64,000 nt of DNA. It comes from the human T2T-CHM13v2.0 reference genome, Homo sapiens. This document shows positions 62,656 to 64,000 of the stretch, one piece after another. The DNA lies in assembly GCF_009914755.1 (NCBI RefSeq), contig NC_060930.1, one strand, 5' to 3'. Within the stretch, counting starts at the first letter, position 1. Each line of letters begins with the position of its first letter. Position numbers and translations under genes: made by a program. The notes beneath the pieces are model-generated. The model was not told where the DNA came from and did no database searches. It saw nothing but the letters and a program-made list of their open reading frames with translations.

Positions 62656-63122
62656 TGTGTCAACCAAAAGAAGAAGCTAAAGCACAAAGTGTGGTTGAAA
62701 GAGTTGACTTGAGCCAGAATAAGGACAGCTGCCCAGATGACTCACCCAAACTGCTTGCTTGGCCTTTGTTACAGGCAGATTTTTAAAGGCAAAAAGAAAA
62801 AAACAAAAACAAAAAAACAGGAGGCAGGGGAGGGGGGCCGGTGTTACCGAGTAGACTGTTAGACAGTTCTGTCAGGAATTCTCATGGATATACAGAAGTA
62901 ACAGTGATTAGTGACTGCCTGTCCACGGTTAAGCTATAGAATGTGGGATATAGTGTCCAGTGCCACATTACTAGGTTAATTCACAGCTACCTGTGGCAAT
63001 GGGAAGCAGCTTCAGTAAAGTGTGGAGTAGGATGTGATTGCTGTCTCATCTTAATGCCTCTTTGGGGCCTAGTAATTTGAAAGGGCCCACATTCCTCAGA
63101 TAAAAGTCCTTTTCTTTCCTCA
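62656..63122 (-). mobile_element. ERV1-class LTR (MER4-group-like, subfamily not assigned)
   Basis: Minus strand begins TGAGGAAAGAAAAGGACTTTTATCTGAGGAATG and ends ...GACACA (TG...CA termini). Confidence 0.6.
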
Positions 63123-63441
63123 TCTATAATACTATTCAAATCTAAAGAAAATGTATGTTGCTCACAGATACCAACAGCCATCAGTTTTTTGTGTTTGATT
63201 TAATTTGTTCAGTAAAAGGAAGATACAAAATAGGGAAAAAGCTCAGGAAAAGAGTTGCGTTGAACTCTTTATTAATTTTATATGTAGTTCAGTTGTGTTT
63301 TAAAGATTTTCAAGTGCAATCTTAGAGGCCTTCATTTCCTTGTTTCTTGATTACCCTCCACCTGCCTCATTCCCCTTCTGAGAGTCATTTCCCATTCCTC
63401 GTCCCTGACCCCGGCCCCTCCCGCAGAGCTGCCCTCCTCTG

Positions 63442-63572
63442 AATCCTGATGGCCAACTGTCTTATTCTTCCCCAGGGCCTTCTCAGCCAGGGCGGAGGCT
63501 CGTTGTGGGCAGGGTCCTTGTCTTTTATAATCCTTGCAGAGTTGCCAAACGTATAAAAAATTTTTAAAATAG
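63442..63572 (+). repeat. Local direct duplication B, copy 2
   Basis: Matches 61665-61798. Ends 54 nt upstream of exon 8. Confidence 0.95.
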
Positions 63573-63626
63573 CACTTGTGCACTTGGAAAGCATTCCATC
63601 ACATACCTCTTGGTTGTTTTTATTAG

Positions 63627-64000
63627 ATGAAAAACAGAGATTCAGTTATGAGCGATCTGGATATGATCTTGAAGAATCTGATGGCCCAGATGAGGATGAC
63701 AATGAAAATGAAGACGATGATGAGGACAGCCAGGCTGAATCAGTCCTGTCAGCCACACCCTCAGTCACAGCTAGCCCGCAGCACCTTCCATCTAGAAGTA
63801 GCCTTCAGGACCCTGTGAGTACTGACGAGGATGTCAGGATCACCGATTGCTTTTCTGGGGTACACACGGACCCAATGGACGTTCTGCCCAGGGCGCTGCT
63901 CACCAGAATGACTGTCCTGAGCACAGCACAGTCTGACTACAATAGGAAGACACTCTCTCCGGGGAAGGCCAGGCAGCGTGCTGCGAGAGATGAAAACGAC
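63627..64000 (+). CDS. HIVEP1: HIVEP1 exon 8 (partial, runs off window): acidic region of the C-terminal ZAS domain
   Basis: Acceptor ttgtttttattag|AT, phase 1 matching exon 7. Open to the window end: [39 protein letters not shown]...AARDEND. Confidence 0.95.

Noticed and set aside
63627-63818. 63-aa ORF starting at ATG 63627
   Set aside because: Wrong frame. The AT completes the split Asp codon of exon 8.

Overview
Primate (most likely human) genomic DNA from the middle and 3' part of HIVEP1 (ZNF40/PRDII-BF1/MBP-1/Schnurri-1) on the + strand. Five coding exons splice in frame: 22072-28052 (a 5,981-bp internal exon), 31941-32074, 32949-33124, 37977-38078, and 63627 to the window end. They encode the N-terminal C2H2 pair, a single CCHC finger, the C-terminal C2H2 pair and the acidic region. 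Exon numbers 4-8 follow my recollection of the RefSeq model. The rest is intron filled with transposable elements, including an AluYa8 with an internal deletion, a full-length Tigger1 carrying a solo LTR12C and an AluY, a full-length sense-oriented L1PA6/7-type element with TSD, and many older Alu, L1M, L2, MIR, MLT and MER copies. There are no prokaryotic features, CRISPR arrays, tRNA or rRNA genes. I cannot support a new multi-gene system here. The best leads are a GC-AG intron with an adjacent 15-bp RNA hairpin, two unexplained local duplications in intron 7, a repeated set of Ca2+-signalling-type short linear motifs in the giant exon, the deleted AluYa8, and an antisense LTR12C promoter. 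Repeat subfamily calls were made by eye from remembered consensus sequences, and boundaries of old repeats are approximate.
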